A stretch of 63,824 nt of DNA, filler included, from Hyphochytrium catenoides (GCA_900088475.1; 7 parts of 7 records of this genome joined end to end with filler, not necessarily neighbours in it), one strand, 5' to 3'. Counted from the whole stretch's first letter, positions 38,210 to 50,722 are shown. A program made the numbers and translations. The notes: generated by a model from the letters alone, not told the origin.

Positions 38210-39211
38210 ACTCACATTTTCTTACAAACCAGAAAGATCGCGTCAGTTCTGTTTCTGCTCCCTCTGTATAGAGCTTGCCGCCTGTAATTTTACACCAATT
38301 ATCGCAATGAGTCAAATATAATAGTAATAATATTGTCAAATTTGGACGATTTCTGTGGTGACATACGGTGGAACTTTATTATTACAGTCCTACTCCGGAG
38401 TAACAGATTGGCCATGCATTGATAATTTACGGTCTTGTATGAGTAACAATCTTTTGATGGCAAGGGCCTGGTTGTGTTAGAACTACTGTATATGAAGGTC
38501 AGCAGTAGCGTTGAAGCCGCCCGCCGCCCTCCTCCGCCCGCCTCGCCGCCGCCGGGGCCGCCGCAGCAGCGACGACGGACATCGTCTTCCCATCATCCCA
38601 GGACTACCGCTTTTCAAAGCAACGACGGGGCTGACGACCATTAATGTACGGCCTGTGATCGGGCCCTTTACGGACGAGCTTGGTAGTCAATCCACCACCA
38701 CCATTAGTTCCTACGTCATCATGCAGGGCAGCAGCAGCGGGTTGGCGTCTGCTGGAGGGGAGCAGCGCACACCCAGAAGCTTTGGACACTGCTGCTGTCA
38801 TGCTCAAGGTTTTTCCTTGAAGCTAGGCCTCTAGAGTGGTGCCAGACCTGTGATGGATGTCTACTGATACTGCACCACCACCACCCCCGCGGACTTAAGA
38901 AGACAAGGGTTGATGAGGGAATAACAAATCTTGTTGAGCCCGACCGCAGCAGTAGTCTTCATTCAAACTGCGGAAGCTTCTGGATGGGCGGTACTCGGCT
39001 ACAGGGAATAACCGGAGCCATGTTTCACGTTGCGCTGCATGAGGTAGAGGGTTTGATAGTAGCGAACCAGTTCATGTCGTCAAAGTATGACCAGCATGCA
39101 TGATGGTCCGTAGTAGTAGCCCTCCATGACAACGCGACGGGCGGGGTGAGGGGGCGGCTAGCATTAGGAAGACTTCTTTCGCGGCGTGCCTTAGCCAAAC
39201 CGAGGCCTGGA

Positions 39212-39311
39212 NNNNNNNNNNNNNNNNNNNNNNNNNNNNNNNNNNNNNNNNNNNNTTAATTAATTAANNNNNNNNNNNNNNNNNNNNNNNNNNNNNNNNN
39301 NNNNNNNNNNN
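39212..39311. other. Artificial scaffold spacer N44-TTAATTAATTAA-N44
   Basis: Same 100-nt construct; CCDC39 runs off mid-exon into it. Confidence 0.97.
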
Positions 39312-39776
39312 CTTTCCGCCGCTTGAGAAGCTCATCCTGGGCAACCTAGAGAGAGAGAGAGACACAGAAAGAGAGAGAGAGAAGGAGAACAGAGAAAGAG
39401 AAGAAAAGGGAGAGACAGACAGACAGAGGAAAACGAGGCCATAGAGTGAAATGTTAAGGAAAGTGGGCGAGCAGGGAAAGGGGACGACGAGAATTAAAGA
39501 GATTAAAATGAAAATGATACAGCTAACGCAACAACGGGAGAAAGAGAGACATAATCAAGCAGCCCAAAAAGAGTGAGGAACATAGACAGAAAGAGAGAGA
39601 GAGAAAGAGAGAGAGAGAGAGGAAGAGAGAGAACCAGCTACCAAGCTGGAGAAGCGAAAGTCCAAGAGAGAATTCTAGGACAATCGAAGAATCCAGGAGA
39701 AACGCTGCGAACGAGGGGAGGAAACGCAGAGCAGCAGAGAGAGAAATGGCAGGAGTTGACTGAAGAAACCAACAAA

Positions 39777-39829
<53 letters not shown>

Positions 39830-40173
39830 CATTAGTACCTTGACTTGCTCTTCGAGGTCTGCCAAAGCGTCGACCTCTGGAGCGGCGCTGGACGGCTTTT
39901 GAAAGCTCTGGCGGTGCAGCGCGTTCTTCTCTGTCATGTCTCTTAGGATCCACTGCAAACGCTTTACATCCGCCTCACGACGGCGGATCTGGTCATCCAG
40001 CTCGTCTCCCTGATGAGGAGAGAGAACGATCGGAGGAGAGAGAGAGCAAAAACAAGGAGGAGAGAGACAGAAAGAGAGACAATGAGACTGTGGATTTGAG
40101 AGAGGAATTAGAAAGGCGAGACCGATGTGAGAGAGAACGCCCGGGCGAGAGAGAGAGATAGAGCGAGCGAGCG

Positions 40174-40210
<37 letters not shown>

Positions 40211-40812
40211 AATCAGAAAGGGAGGAGAGAGTTGGACCTGGCGCTGTAGCTCTTCTCTCTTTTGGGCCGCCTTAATGACGAAGTAGGCCTGGCTTCTTTC
40301 CTCCCCATCCTCTGAGCGCAACTGCGAGCTGCTAACAATCTGAAGGGAAGACGGGAAAGAGGGGAGAGAGACAGAGAGAAAAAAAGATTGAGGAAGAGAG
40401 AGTGAAGAAAGACAAGGGCGAGGGAGGAAAGGCGATGAAGAAAAGAGAAACAAGGAAGAGTGAAAAGAGCGAGAGAGGAGTGAAGGAGAGAAGAAAGAGA
40501 TTATCAAGTTGAAGAGAGCACCAAGAGAGAACAGAGCAAGAAAAAGAGAGAGAGAGAGACAACAAGAAGAGACAGCAAGACCAGTGTCTCTATTCAGGCT
40601 TACCGCCTCAAACTTTGCCTTGAGCTTCTCTTTTCTATTAACCCTGTCAGTTAGTTCGAGAGAGAGCTTATGTCTCTCCTCCTCTGCCGCCTTATATTGA
40701 GCTTTCTGGATGTCTCTGTGTACACCTATCTCTTTCTTTCTCTCCTGTGGGATGTGGGAGAGAGGGATCGCAGTGAGAGAGAGAGAGAGAAAGGGAAAGA
40801 GATCGCAGTTAT

Positions 40813-40846
<34 letters not shown>

Positions 40847-41388
40847 GGAAAGAAGAGGTGGCAGGTAGAGAGAAAGGTTTGGTAGGAGAAAAGGAAAGAA
40901 ACATTGACCTTTGCACATCACAGGAGAGACAGATTGAGAGGAGAGGATGAGAGAGAGAGAGAGATTAAGGGCGATAACGGAGAGGAGAAGATGTATAGTG
41001 AGGGAATAAAGATAGAAAGAGACACCATTTGGATAGAGAAACCTTGAACTGAGAGAAAGAGAAGAGGAAGAGGAATATAAAAGAAAGAGAGATAAAGGAG
41101 GTATAAATTTTGCTAGAGAGAGAGAAAGAGAGAGTAAGAGAGTCGCAGAGACACGGAGAGAATTAGAGGAGGCGAACAATGAGAGAGAGAGAAGAGTAGA
41201 AGATGCACCTCCATGCTGAGCTGCAGCTGGAATTTTCTGTTCTCCAGAGAGAAAACGTCATCTGCCCTCTCATTCAGCGTGTCTCGCAGCCGCTTCACCT
41301 CCAGTTTCTTCAGGTCGTGCTGCACCATCAGCTCTTCCTTCTCCTATTGTGACAAGAGAGAGAGAGAAGAGAGAGAGAGGGAAGAGAG

Positions 41389-41421
<33 letters not shown>

Positions 41422-41916
41422 ACAGGTAGGCAAAAGAGAGAACATTTTTGGGAATGCATGGACGAAAACGCTGGTGAGATATATTTCTACGGCCGAGGAA
41501 CACTGGTTATGGGAAAAGAGAGAGAGGCGGAGAGAGAAAACAGTAAACTGAGGAGAGGAGACCGCTGCAAACGGTGAATATGAGAGAAGAGAAGAAACTA
41601 AGGAACGGGTGGTGCGAGAGTAGTAAGAAGAGAGGAAAGGATGGTAAGGGTGACCTGGCGACGATAGCCATATGAGAAAGGATTCAGGAGAGAGAGAGAG
41701 AGAGACACGTGAACAAGAAGCCGTCAGTACCTTGGTAAGCTGTTTGAGAGACGTCCCGGCTGTCTCTGTCTCGAGCTGCACTTCCGCCATCTTCTCGTTC
41801 AGCGTCTTCTGGTGCTTTAAACTCTGGTCGTACTCTCTCTTCTGCGCCCTGCAACCGAGAGAGAGAGAGAACAAAATCGTGAGATTGCAACCGTGGTGTG
41901 AGATAATCATTGATGC

Positions 41917-41977
<61 letters not shown>

Positions 41978-42166
41978 AAGTGCCCTGGCAGGAAGAAGGC
42001 ACGCTCTCGAAAGGAATATCCTCCATTCTCTTCTCTCCTTCACAGACTATTCTCTCCCCAATCATGTTGAATGTCCTAAAGGAACCGACGCTCTTTCTCC
42101 CTCTGATTGTTTCTCTCCGTGTCTCTCTCTTCTCTCCCTCTGCATCTCTTTTTGGCTGGCTCTTAA

Positions 42167-42207
<41 letters not shown>

Positions 42208-42541
42208 CTGTCTTACTTGAACTCATCCTGAATCTTCCTGCACTGATGGGTGAGCATCGTCTTCTGTCCGACCAGCGCGTCCACTTCCTCCTGCAGCTTT
42301 GCTATCTTCGCCTTCAGTTCCACTGTCTCATCCACAGTGCGGAAGCCTGAGAGAGAACACCTGTGAGTCAAATCCGGACTTGGTCCTGCTCTTCTTTGGT
42401 CTGTCTGTCTCTCTCTCTCTCTCTCATTCATTCTCTCTCCCTTGGACGCTTCTCTACTTAGTTTTTTCTAGGTCTATTGCGTTTTTCGTCTTGCTTGCGT
42501 GAGGATGTCTCTCTCTCTCAAACAATCCTTCTCTTTGGCTC

Positions 42542-42590
<49 letters not shown>

Positions 42591-42993
42591 TCTCTTCAAC
42601 TATCTTACCGGCTGCCCTGGCCACCTTTCTCTCCATCTGCTGAATCTGGAACTCTCCGTTATAGATGAGCTCCTGCTGCTTCCTGATCTCTCCCTCGAGC
42701 TGCTGGAGCTTGTGCTGCAGGTTCCGCCCCGTCGCCTGCGCGCCCTGGATCTCGGCGCTGAGGTTTGCCTCGGACTGCCGCCAAGTAAAGAGTTCTTGGG
42801 ACTTTCTGAACATCTGGAGAGAGAGAGAGAGAGCGAGAGAGAGAGAGAGGGCATTTTAGAGAGACAGAGAGAGGGGATAAGAGAGAGAGAGGGGATAAGA
42901 GAAAGAGAGTTTAGTACGCGGGACACAGAGAGTACGGGAGAGACAGAAGAAAAGCCCTAGGGGAGGGTCGAAGAAGACGAGAAAGAACGACAA

Positions 42994-43026
<33 letters not shown>

Positions 43027-45889
43027 CGTTATCCACCTGCTCCTTAAGTTGCTGAATCTCTTTCTCCGCTGTCTTGAGGGCGAGCTCATTCTGTGCAAGC
43101 TCCTGTTCAGCGCTCTGTGCGGTCTGTGTAGCACTCTCTTTCCCTTCTCTGTCCGCATCCAACTTCTTTTTGGCCGCCTGATATTTCTTGCGGGCCGCTT
43201 CAAGCTGGAGAGGGAGAAGAGAGAGAGAAAGAGAGAGGGAAAGAAAGAGAGAAGAGAGAGAGATGAGAGAGGAAAAAAAGAAGATGAATGCAGAAGAGAG
43301 AGAGAAGAAAGGGAGTTTAGTTACCCCCATTGACTTCATCACGTCAGCTTGTTCCGTTCTCCGTCTTAGTTTTCTGTTTTCTCCCTCCCCCTCTCTTTCT
43401 CTCTGTCAGTCTCTCTCTCTCCCTCCCTCTCACCATCCCCCGGTCCCTGTGTCTCTCTTGTTTGCCCCAAATGTCTCGCTCTTCTGTCTATCTGTCTCTT
43501 TATATCTTCATGGCTGCCTGTTAACTCTCTTCCCTCCCTTTTTTCCTTACGCGCTCTCTCTCTCTCTCTCTCTCTCTTTTACCTCTGTCTGCCTGTCCTC
43601 CAAAGATTTCGCAAAGTTAAGGTTCTCGCTTCTCTTCTGCAGCAGCTCATTGGCCGAGGCAGCCAGAGAGCTCTTCACCACGTCCACCTCGTTCTGGAAC
43701 TCCGAGAGAGAGGCAGAGAGAGAAGAGAGCTCTTCTCTCTCTTTCGCCAGCAGTCTCTCTCTCATCTTTATCTGGTTATCGGCTTCGACATTGTCCTGCT
43801 GCTGCATCTTCAGCCGCTGCTTCTGTTCCGCTAACACTTCTTTCTGTTTCTGGAGCTCCACCTGGTAAGAAAGGAGAGAAAGCATTAGAAAAGCAAGTTG
43901 AGAGAAAGAGAAGGCAGTTTTGTATGAGAGAGAGAGAGATAATTGCCCGAAGAGGGACGGAATGACGCGAGAGAGATCAGATAAAGAGAGAGAGAGAGAG
44001 TAAGGAGGAAAGACGGAGAGAGACACACACACACAGAGACAGAGCTCGAATAGATAGATAGAGAGACAGAGAGGCAAAAGGAGAGAGAGACAGAGGAAAG
44101 AGGCACACAAAACCAGAGAGAGAGAGAGAGAGTTGTACCTTGAGCTCAGCAAACTTGGCCGCTGCCTCTGCAATGTCTCTGTCTCTTCTCCTCATGGTTT
44201 CAATGGTGTCCTGCCACTGCTGCACCAGCTCCTGCCGCTGCCGATGCAGCTGACGGAACTCCTCCGCTGTCTTGTCCAACTCAATCTGCTTCGCCTGCGT
44301 CTCCGTTGTCTAGAGAGAGAGAGAGAGAAAGAGAGAGTGAGAGAGAGAAGGGAAGGAGAGAAGGAAAAACTTGGCTCGCCGAAAGAGGAAGAATGAATAG
44401 ACGAAGAGAAAAATACTCTTGCACGTTATGGCTGGATCATATATGGGCGAAAGAGAGAGAGAGAGAGGGAGAGAGAAAGAGAGAGAGAGAGAGAGAGCAG
44501 GCTATCTAGCTGGGCCATAGATAGGAAAAAAACAGAGAGAGAAAGAGAGAGATAGAGAGAGTCGTCAGAGAGAGACACAGAGAGAGAGAGAGAGACCAGG
44601 CTATCTAGCTGGGCCATAGATAGCAAAAGAGAGAGAGAGAGAGGTTGTACCTCATCCTCCAGCTCAAGCTTCTTCTCTGTAACATTCTTAGAGAGCTTGT
44701 CAATGGCGAGAGAGAGTTCTTTTATCTTTCCCTCGTCGGCTCTCCTGTATCTCTCCAGCGCAAGGTTGTCCTCCTCTTTCTGTCTGGCGGCGGTGACCCA
44801 CTGGCTCAACTCTTCCTGGTTCCAGTTCATCTTCGTCTTGAACTCTTCCATTCTCTCATTGCCTTCCGGGGAGAGGAGAAAAACAGAGATGGTTTTGGAG
44901 AAGAGGGGGCGAGAGGAAGGAGAGAGAGAGAGAGAAAAAGAGAGAAGAGCGAGAGAGAAAGAGGGACAGAGAGAGAAGGACAGAGGGAGAGAAAGGAAGA
45001 CAGGGGAAGAATGAGAGAGAGATGCATTTGACAGAAAACACGTTGTGAGAATAGCAAAACGAAAGCATTAGGTGAGACCCATATGAGGGATGGGAGAGGG
45101 GAGAGAGAGAGAGAGAGAGTGGCAAAAGAGGCGTTGGCCTACCTTTGAAGATGCTGTTTTCAATAGCGACCATTTGGTCCTGCAGCTCTCTCATCTGGTT
45201 CTCCATCTTCACAATGTCGACACGAAGTCTAAGACACAAAAAGATTAGCACTATAAGGTAGTGGGGCATACGGAGAGAGAGAGAGAAAGAGTGAAAGAGA
45301 GAGAGAGAGAGCAACTCTGAAGAGAGAAGTGAAAGAGAGACATCGAGGAAGACATGAGCCAAAGGGAGAAGACAAAGCGGACAGAAGGGAGAGAAAAGTG
45401 GAGCCAGGGAAAGAACGGGAAAGAGAGACGTCAGAGGAGAAAGCAAGAGAGAAAGAGAGAGAGACACACACACAAAGAGAGAAGGAAAAAGGTAGACCGA
45501 GCGAAGAACAGAGCTTCTTTTCTTCTTACTTTCCCACTTCTCTCTCCGAGAGTTGTCTCAAGTGGCTCTCACTCTCTATCTCTTTCTTCTTCGCGCTAAG
45601 TAATCTGTCAGTCTGCTGCAACTCTGTCTCGACATTCTTGAGATGTTCCTGCATCACTTGCACTCTTCCCGCGTTCTCTTTTATCTCTTCCTTCATCTTC
45701 TCCAACTTTCTCTCTTTCTTCTTTATTTCTCTGTGAAGTTTCTTGTTCTCATCGTTCGCGAAGATGGGAAGCTCACTCTCTCCCTCTTTTGCTTCTCTCT
45801 CTTCTTCTTCTGCCTCTCGGCTCCCGACAGAGGGACGGCCATCCGCGCGAATCCATGTCGAGCGAGCCATTGTGGGATCTTCTGGCATG

Positions 45890-45933
<44 letters not shown>

Positions 45934-46417
45934 TGATCAGAACAAATTTAGGGAGAATAAGGAAGAGAGAAAGGAAAGAAAGGAGGTGCACAGGAGAGGA
46001 GGTGTCGACAAAGAAGAAGAGATGTTGACACCAGAGAGAGAGATAAGAGAGAGAGAGAGAGAAAGAGAGATCAAAGAGAGAGAAAGGGACAGAGAGAGAC
46101 AGAGAGTCATACGGACAGACGCAGAGCGGACAACAAGAGAAAGAAAGAGGGCTCACCTTCTTCCTCTTCTGGGTTCTCTACTATCCTCTGGTCTGCTCTT
46201 TTCCAGCTGTAAGAGTTGTCTTCCTCCTTCTCTCCTTCTGGAGCTACAGCACCAGACCACAAGTAAGCGTAGGGAGAAATATTTATGGCAGGGAAAGGGG
46301 GAGAGAGAAAGAGAGAGAGAGACACACAGACACAGACAGACACTTACGTTCGAAAGTGCAGAGAACGGGTTAGGAGAGAGAAAGAGAGAAGAGCCAGAAA
46401 AAGAGAAAGAGAGAGCG

Positions 46418-46453
<36 letters not shown>

Positions 46454-47049
46454 GAATATACCTTTATCTTCCCCACTTGTTGCAGGTGTCCCGCTGGTCG
46501 TTCCATCGGCTCTCTTCCAAGAGTAAGAAGAAGCAGAGTCTGCTTCTCTCTCCTGAGGGAGAGGAAAGCTGTCCGGAGTCTCTTGGAGAGAGATCTCAGG
46601 CGTTTTCCAGTCATAGCCCAGAATCGAAGCTAAAGCGATTCATAGGCAAATATATAGGGAGAGAAAGCAAAAGAGAGAGAGGGAGACCGTCAGAGAGAAT
46701 CAGAGAGCAAGAGAGAGAGAGAGAGAAAGAGAAAGTGAAAGAGAGAGAGAGAGAGATGAAGAGAGGAAAAGTGCGGGAGGAGTCCACAGAACTAATAGGT
46801 AGGAGGAGGATACAAAGGAGAGAAGTGTGAGGAAGAGACAAGAGAGGCAAACGATGAAGGGACAAGAGAGAGAAAAGGAGGGAGAGAAAGATAAGAACAC
46901 TGCAGGACAGAGGCCTGAGCGAAACAGAGAAGAGAGAAAACGGCAAGCAAAAGAAAGAGAGAAGAGAGAAAGAGGTGAGGACCTGTTCCACTATCTGCTG
47001 TCGTCGCTTCTCGGACCTCCACGTCCGGGGTCGGCTGTCCGTCAGCCAT
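39312..47049 (-). CDS. CCDC39: CCDC39/FAP59 axonemal 96-nm ruler protein, 3' end truncated by the gap
   Basis: [130 protein letters not shown] and [26 protein letters not shown]. Three extra 5' exons (46983-47049, 46462-46629, 46157-46243) splice in frame to 45881. Confidence 0.95.
44498..44624. repeat. Duplicated 27-bp hairpin-forming motif within a CCDC39 intron
   Basis: caggctatctagctgggccatagatag at 44498-44524 and 44597-44623; ctatcta and tagatag are reverse complements. Confidence 0.85.
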
Positions 47050-47910
47050 TTCTCTTTCTCTCTCTCCCTCTTTCTCTGCTCGTCTTCTGTCTTTCTTCTC
47101 TCTTTGTCGTCGGCCACCTTGTCTTCGTTGTTCTCTTCCTATTCTCTCTCTGTCTTCCTGTCAGTGAGTGTGGTCTTCAGAAAGCGAAAACAGAAAGAGA
47201 GAAAACCGCGACTCCGGAGGAGAGAAGATGGAAGATGCTCAAGAAATGCAAGACACTCTGAGTTTCTGGACAGAGAGAGGAAGTGACGCCTATTGAGAGA
47301 GAGAGAAAAAAAAGAGCCGGAAGAGAGAGAGAGCGCAGTAGACAGCTACCAAGAGAGGATTGTCATCGGAGGAGAGACAATAAGGCCATGATCAGCTGAA
47401 ATNNNNNNNNNNNNNNNNNNNNNNNNNNNNNNNNNNNNNNNNNNNNNNNNNNNNNNNNNNNNNNNNNNGAGAGGGAGAAGAGAGCGTGGTTCTGACCATA
47501 ATAACAATAACTTCAACTCATCCCCACAGCGTGGGGTTATCGAGCGTCTAAGGCCTAGTAAAGCAATCAGAATCCCGGCCGAACGCCCTAGGCAAATGAG
47601 GCTCAAATAACGAACTGGCCGGCTTTCTGGGGGAATCTCTTAGGGTCCGTTAGGTTATGGAGGCCTATGAATTGCTAATGGCCAGGTCCCAAAACCGTTT
47701 CATCCGTGCCACACCGAAGCAAAAAGTGTCTGTGATTAAGGTTAAAACCTTAGCAATAGTGACACGTTTCTAAGAGGAAGGCCGCAGAAGTTTTATGGAA
47801 GAGACAGAGAGGAAGAGGGAAAAATGAGAGGAAGAGAAAAGAGAGACAGAGGGAGACAAAGAGAGAGAGACAGAGAGAGAGAGAGTAGAAAGAGAAAAGA
47901 GGAAGAAAGA

Positions 47911-47941
<31 letters not shown>

Positions 47942-47985
47942 GAGAGAAAGAGAGAGAGAGAAGAATGAGAAAAGAGGAAGAAAGA

Positions 47986-48026
<41 letters not shown>

Positions 48027-48742
48027 TTGGAGAGAGAGAAAAAGAGAGAGAATGTCAAGAGGTGAGCGGCGAGAGGGGAGAGAAGAGAAAAGAGAGAGAA
48101 TAGGCGAGAGGAGAGAGAGAGGAGAGTGAGAGAAGTGCACGCTGTTGAAACGACACAGTGGGAAAGGCCATTCCTAAGGAGAGACACGGGAACAGCTTTT
48201 CTGCGAGAGCGTAAGAAGAGAGAGAGAGCGCCCGCAAGAGAAAGAAACCGAGAAAGAGAGAGAGAGAGAGAACGAGAGGGGAAGCTAGAGGAAGAGGCAT
48301 AAGCAGTTGTCAAAGTGCGGATCGCAGGAGGGGAGGCAGTGAAGGTAGAGGCACAGAGGGGGAAGAAGAGAAAGAGAAAAAGAGAGAGATAGAGAGAAAG
48401 AGAGAGAGAAAGAAAGAGAGAGAAAGAGAGAGAGAGATCCAGAGAGAGAGAGAGAGCGAAGAAGGAGAGACAAGTCCCCAGAGCTCAGCAGTAAGTGCCT
48501 GGAAGTAGATGTCCTCTCGATTCTTTTGGGGATACTTCTCCTGAAAGTTGAAGCTTCTTCTATTAACGGCGCTATCTTGGCTTCTCTTTCTCTCTTTCTC
48601 TCTCTCTTTAGCACCCCGATAATCTCTTCTCTCTCTTCTCCCGGTCTATGGCGCTAAGTTCTAACCCAACAGGTTGAGACGAGACAGAGAGAGAGAGGGA
48701 GAGATTAAGCTCACAGAAGATAGAGGAAGGCTGTCCAAAAAG

Positions 48743-49122
48743 ATGACAGGGAGAGGGAAGAGAGTCAGAGATGTTCTCTCTTTGTCTTTCTCTCTCTCTC
48801 TGTTGACCTTCCTTCCTCTTTCTGCTGGGAATCTATTGGACTTTGCCTCGATACGTCAGCGATGTGACAGCTCCAAGCAGTTCCTGGACACGTCCTCTCT
48901 CTCCTGTGTAGACTGTGCTTCCATTCATGAGTTCTTGGTAAGGCGAACCACTGGGAGGAGAGAGAGAGAGAGAAGGAGACAAAGAAGAGAGAGAGAGGAA
49001 TAATAGAGATACCGTAGCGAAAGAGAGAAGGAAATCGACAAAGAAGAGGGAGGTACGTGAATATAAATCTGTCAATCTCTCTCTGATCTCTCCGTCCTCC
49101 TTTTTCTCTCTCTCTCTCTTCT

Positions 49123-49188
<66 letters not shown>

Positions 49189-49690
49189 TCCTCTCTCTCT
49201 TTCCGTCTCTCTTGCTCTCTCTTCTTAGGTGCCAGATTTGGCTCAGACCGACGTACTGGGAAATGCGCTGGGATGTACCTGCAGGTGCGTCAAGGATAAT
49301 GGACTCTTTCTCTCCCATGAAAGATCGGTTCTCTTTCTTTCTCCCTCTCGTGCAAAACAGACGAGGGACTCTTTCTCTCTCTTTCTCCTTGCCTTTCTCT
49401 CTCTTTGCCTCTCTTATTCCTCTACGCTGCTTGGTCTCTCACATCCTCTCTCTTTGCGAACTGTGAATATTCGTCTCCATCTTCCCTTAATCTCTCCCTC
49501 TTTATCTGTCTTTGTCTTTAGCACCTTTAGTCGCTCTCTCTCTCTTTTTTTCTCTCTAATCGGAGATCATTGGTACCCCCGTCTCTCTCTCCCTTTTCCT
49601 CTGTCTCCTTCTGTGGCTCCCTTCCTCACTGACTTGTCGTATGTTCTCTTTCTCTCTCACTGGCCTCCTCTCCTCCCCCTCCCTCTCTCT

Positions 49691-49729
<39 letters not shown>

Positions 49730-49978
49730 CTCTCTCTCTCTGTCTCTCTCTCTCTCTGTCTCTCTAGACCTGGATATATCTTCTCTCCTTCCTCCTGTTC
49801 CCTGAGCGCTCCCGCTCTGTGTCCCTCTGCTCTCCAGTGCCTCTCTTGTCCTCCTTCCTCTCCCTCCAGCAGCGCCGACCGCTCTGTCTGTCTCCCCTGC
49901 CGCGGGTCCAGCGTCTTTGACCAGAAACTAGGAGAATGCCGCTGCCCCGCTGACCAGATCCTCGTAGAGAGAAATGCG

Positions 49979-50022
<44 letters not shown>

Positions 50023-50622
50023 AGGAGAAAGACAGGGGTGGGATTGTGGAGCGAGCGAGCGAGCGAGAGAGAGGAGAAAGAGTGAAAGAGAGAGACATAG
50101 GGCATGTGATGTCACAGTGCACAAGAGGCATGAAGAGAGCTCAGATGTGGGAGGACATTAGACAAAGAAAAGAGGGCCTATGAATGACAAAGAGAGAGAG
50201 AGAGAGAGGAACGGAGAGAGAGAGAGAGAGAAAGAGGGAGAGAACGAGAGAATCGAGGGGGTGAAATATGACAGAAAGAGTGAGAATATGGCTGCGGGAA
50301 ATAATTGTTTTGAGGAGATGGTGTACAATGCACTTTGACTTGACTATTTTCCCTCATTCTCTCTCGCTCCCTCTCTCTGTCTGGTCCTCTCCTCTTTTCT
50401 TTTTTTCTGCACCTTGACTTGACTCTTTTCTCTCTTTCTCTCTCTCCCTTTGTTCGTCTGGCCTGCTCTTCTTCCTCTTTCTTTCTTGCCCACTCCTCTA
50501 AGGATGGAACATTAGCCTCGGAGAAGACGTGTCGCCCTTGTTCCTCAAATTCGAAAGTGTTTATTGCGTCTGACAGCGCAGTGATTTCCGGAAAGAGGCT
50601 TGCTGACCCTTATCAATGTCAG
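48743..50622 (+). CDS. TMEM67: Meckelin (TMEM67/MKS3) 5' part: signal peptide and cysteine-rich ectodomain, truncated by the gap
   Basis: Exons 48743-48937, 49229-49284, 49768-49978 and 50503-50622 give CDSSKQFLDTSSLSCVDC..GCTCRPGY..SADRSVCLPC..GECRCPADQILVERNADGTLASEKTCRPC, matching the meckelin pattern (YFDISxLSCxxC; ILVERDxNGxL). Confidence 0.85.
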
Positions 50623-50722
50623 NNNNNNNNNNNNNNNNNNNNNNNNNNNNNNNNNNNNNNNNNNNNTTAATTAATTAANNNNNNNNNNNNNNNNNNNNNN
50701 NNNNNNNNNNNNNNNNNNNNNN
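50623..50722. other. Artificial scaffold spacer N44-TTAATTAATTAA-N44
   Basis: Same 100-nt construct; TMEM67 is cut mid-exon here. Confidence 0.97.

Larger units (their letters stand above)
35300..50500. repeat. Dense (AG)n/(CT)n microsatellite field in introns of proC, CCDC39 and TMEM67
   Basis: Nearly every intron contains long AG/CT runs, and the sense-strand 3' ends of introns are (CT)n. Confidence 0.95.

Noticed and set aside
39638-41179. 513-aa ORF and many other SLSLSL/ERERER ORFs (e.g. 21378-22022, 45743-46633, 58567-59652)
   Set aside because: AG/CT repeats lack stop codons, so these are read-throughs of introns or antisense frames.
47480-47770. Structured ncRNA or tRNA in the CCDC39-TMEM67 intergenic island
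   Set aside because: Only a short hairpin (ccccacagcgtgggg) is visible, with no cloverleaf, Sm site or box motifs. An Infernal/Rfam search would be needed.
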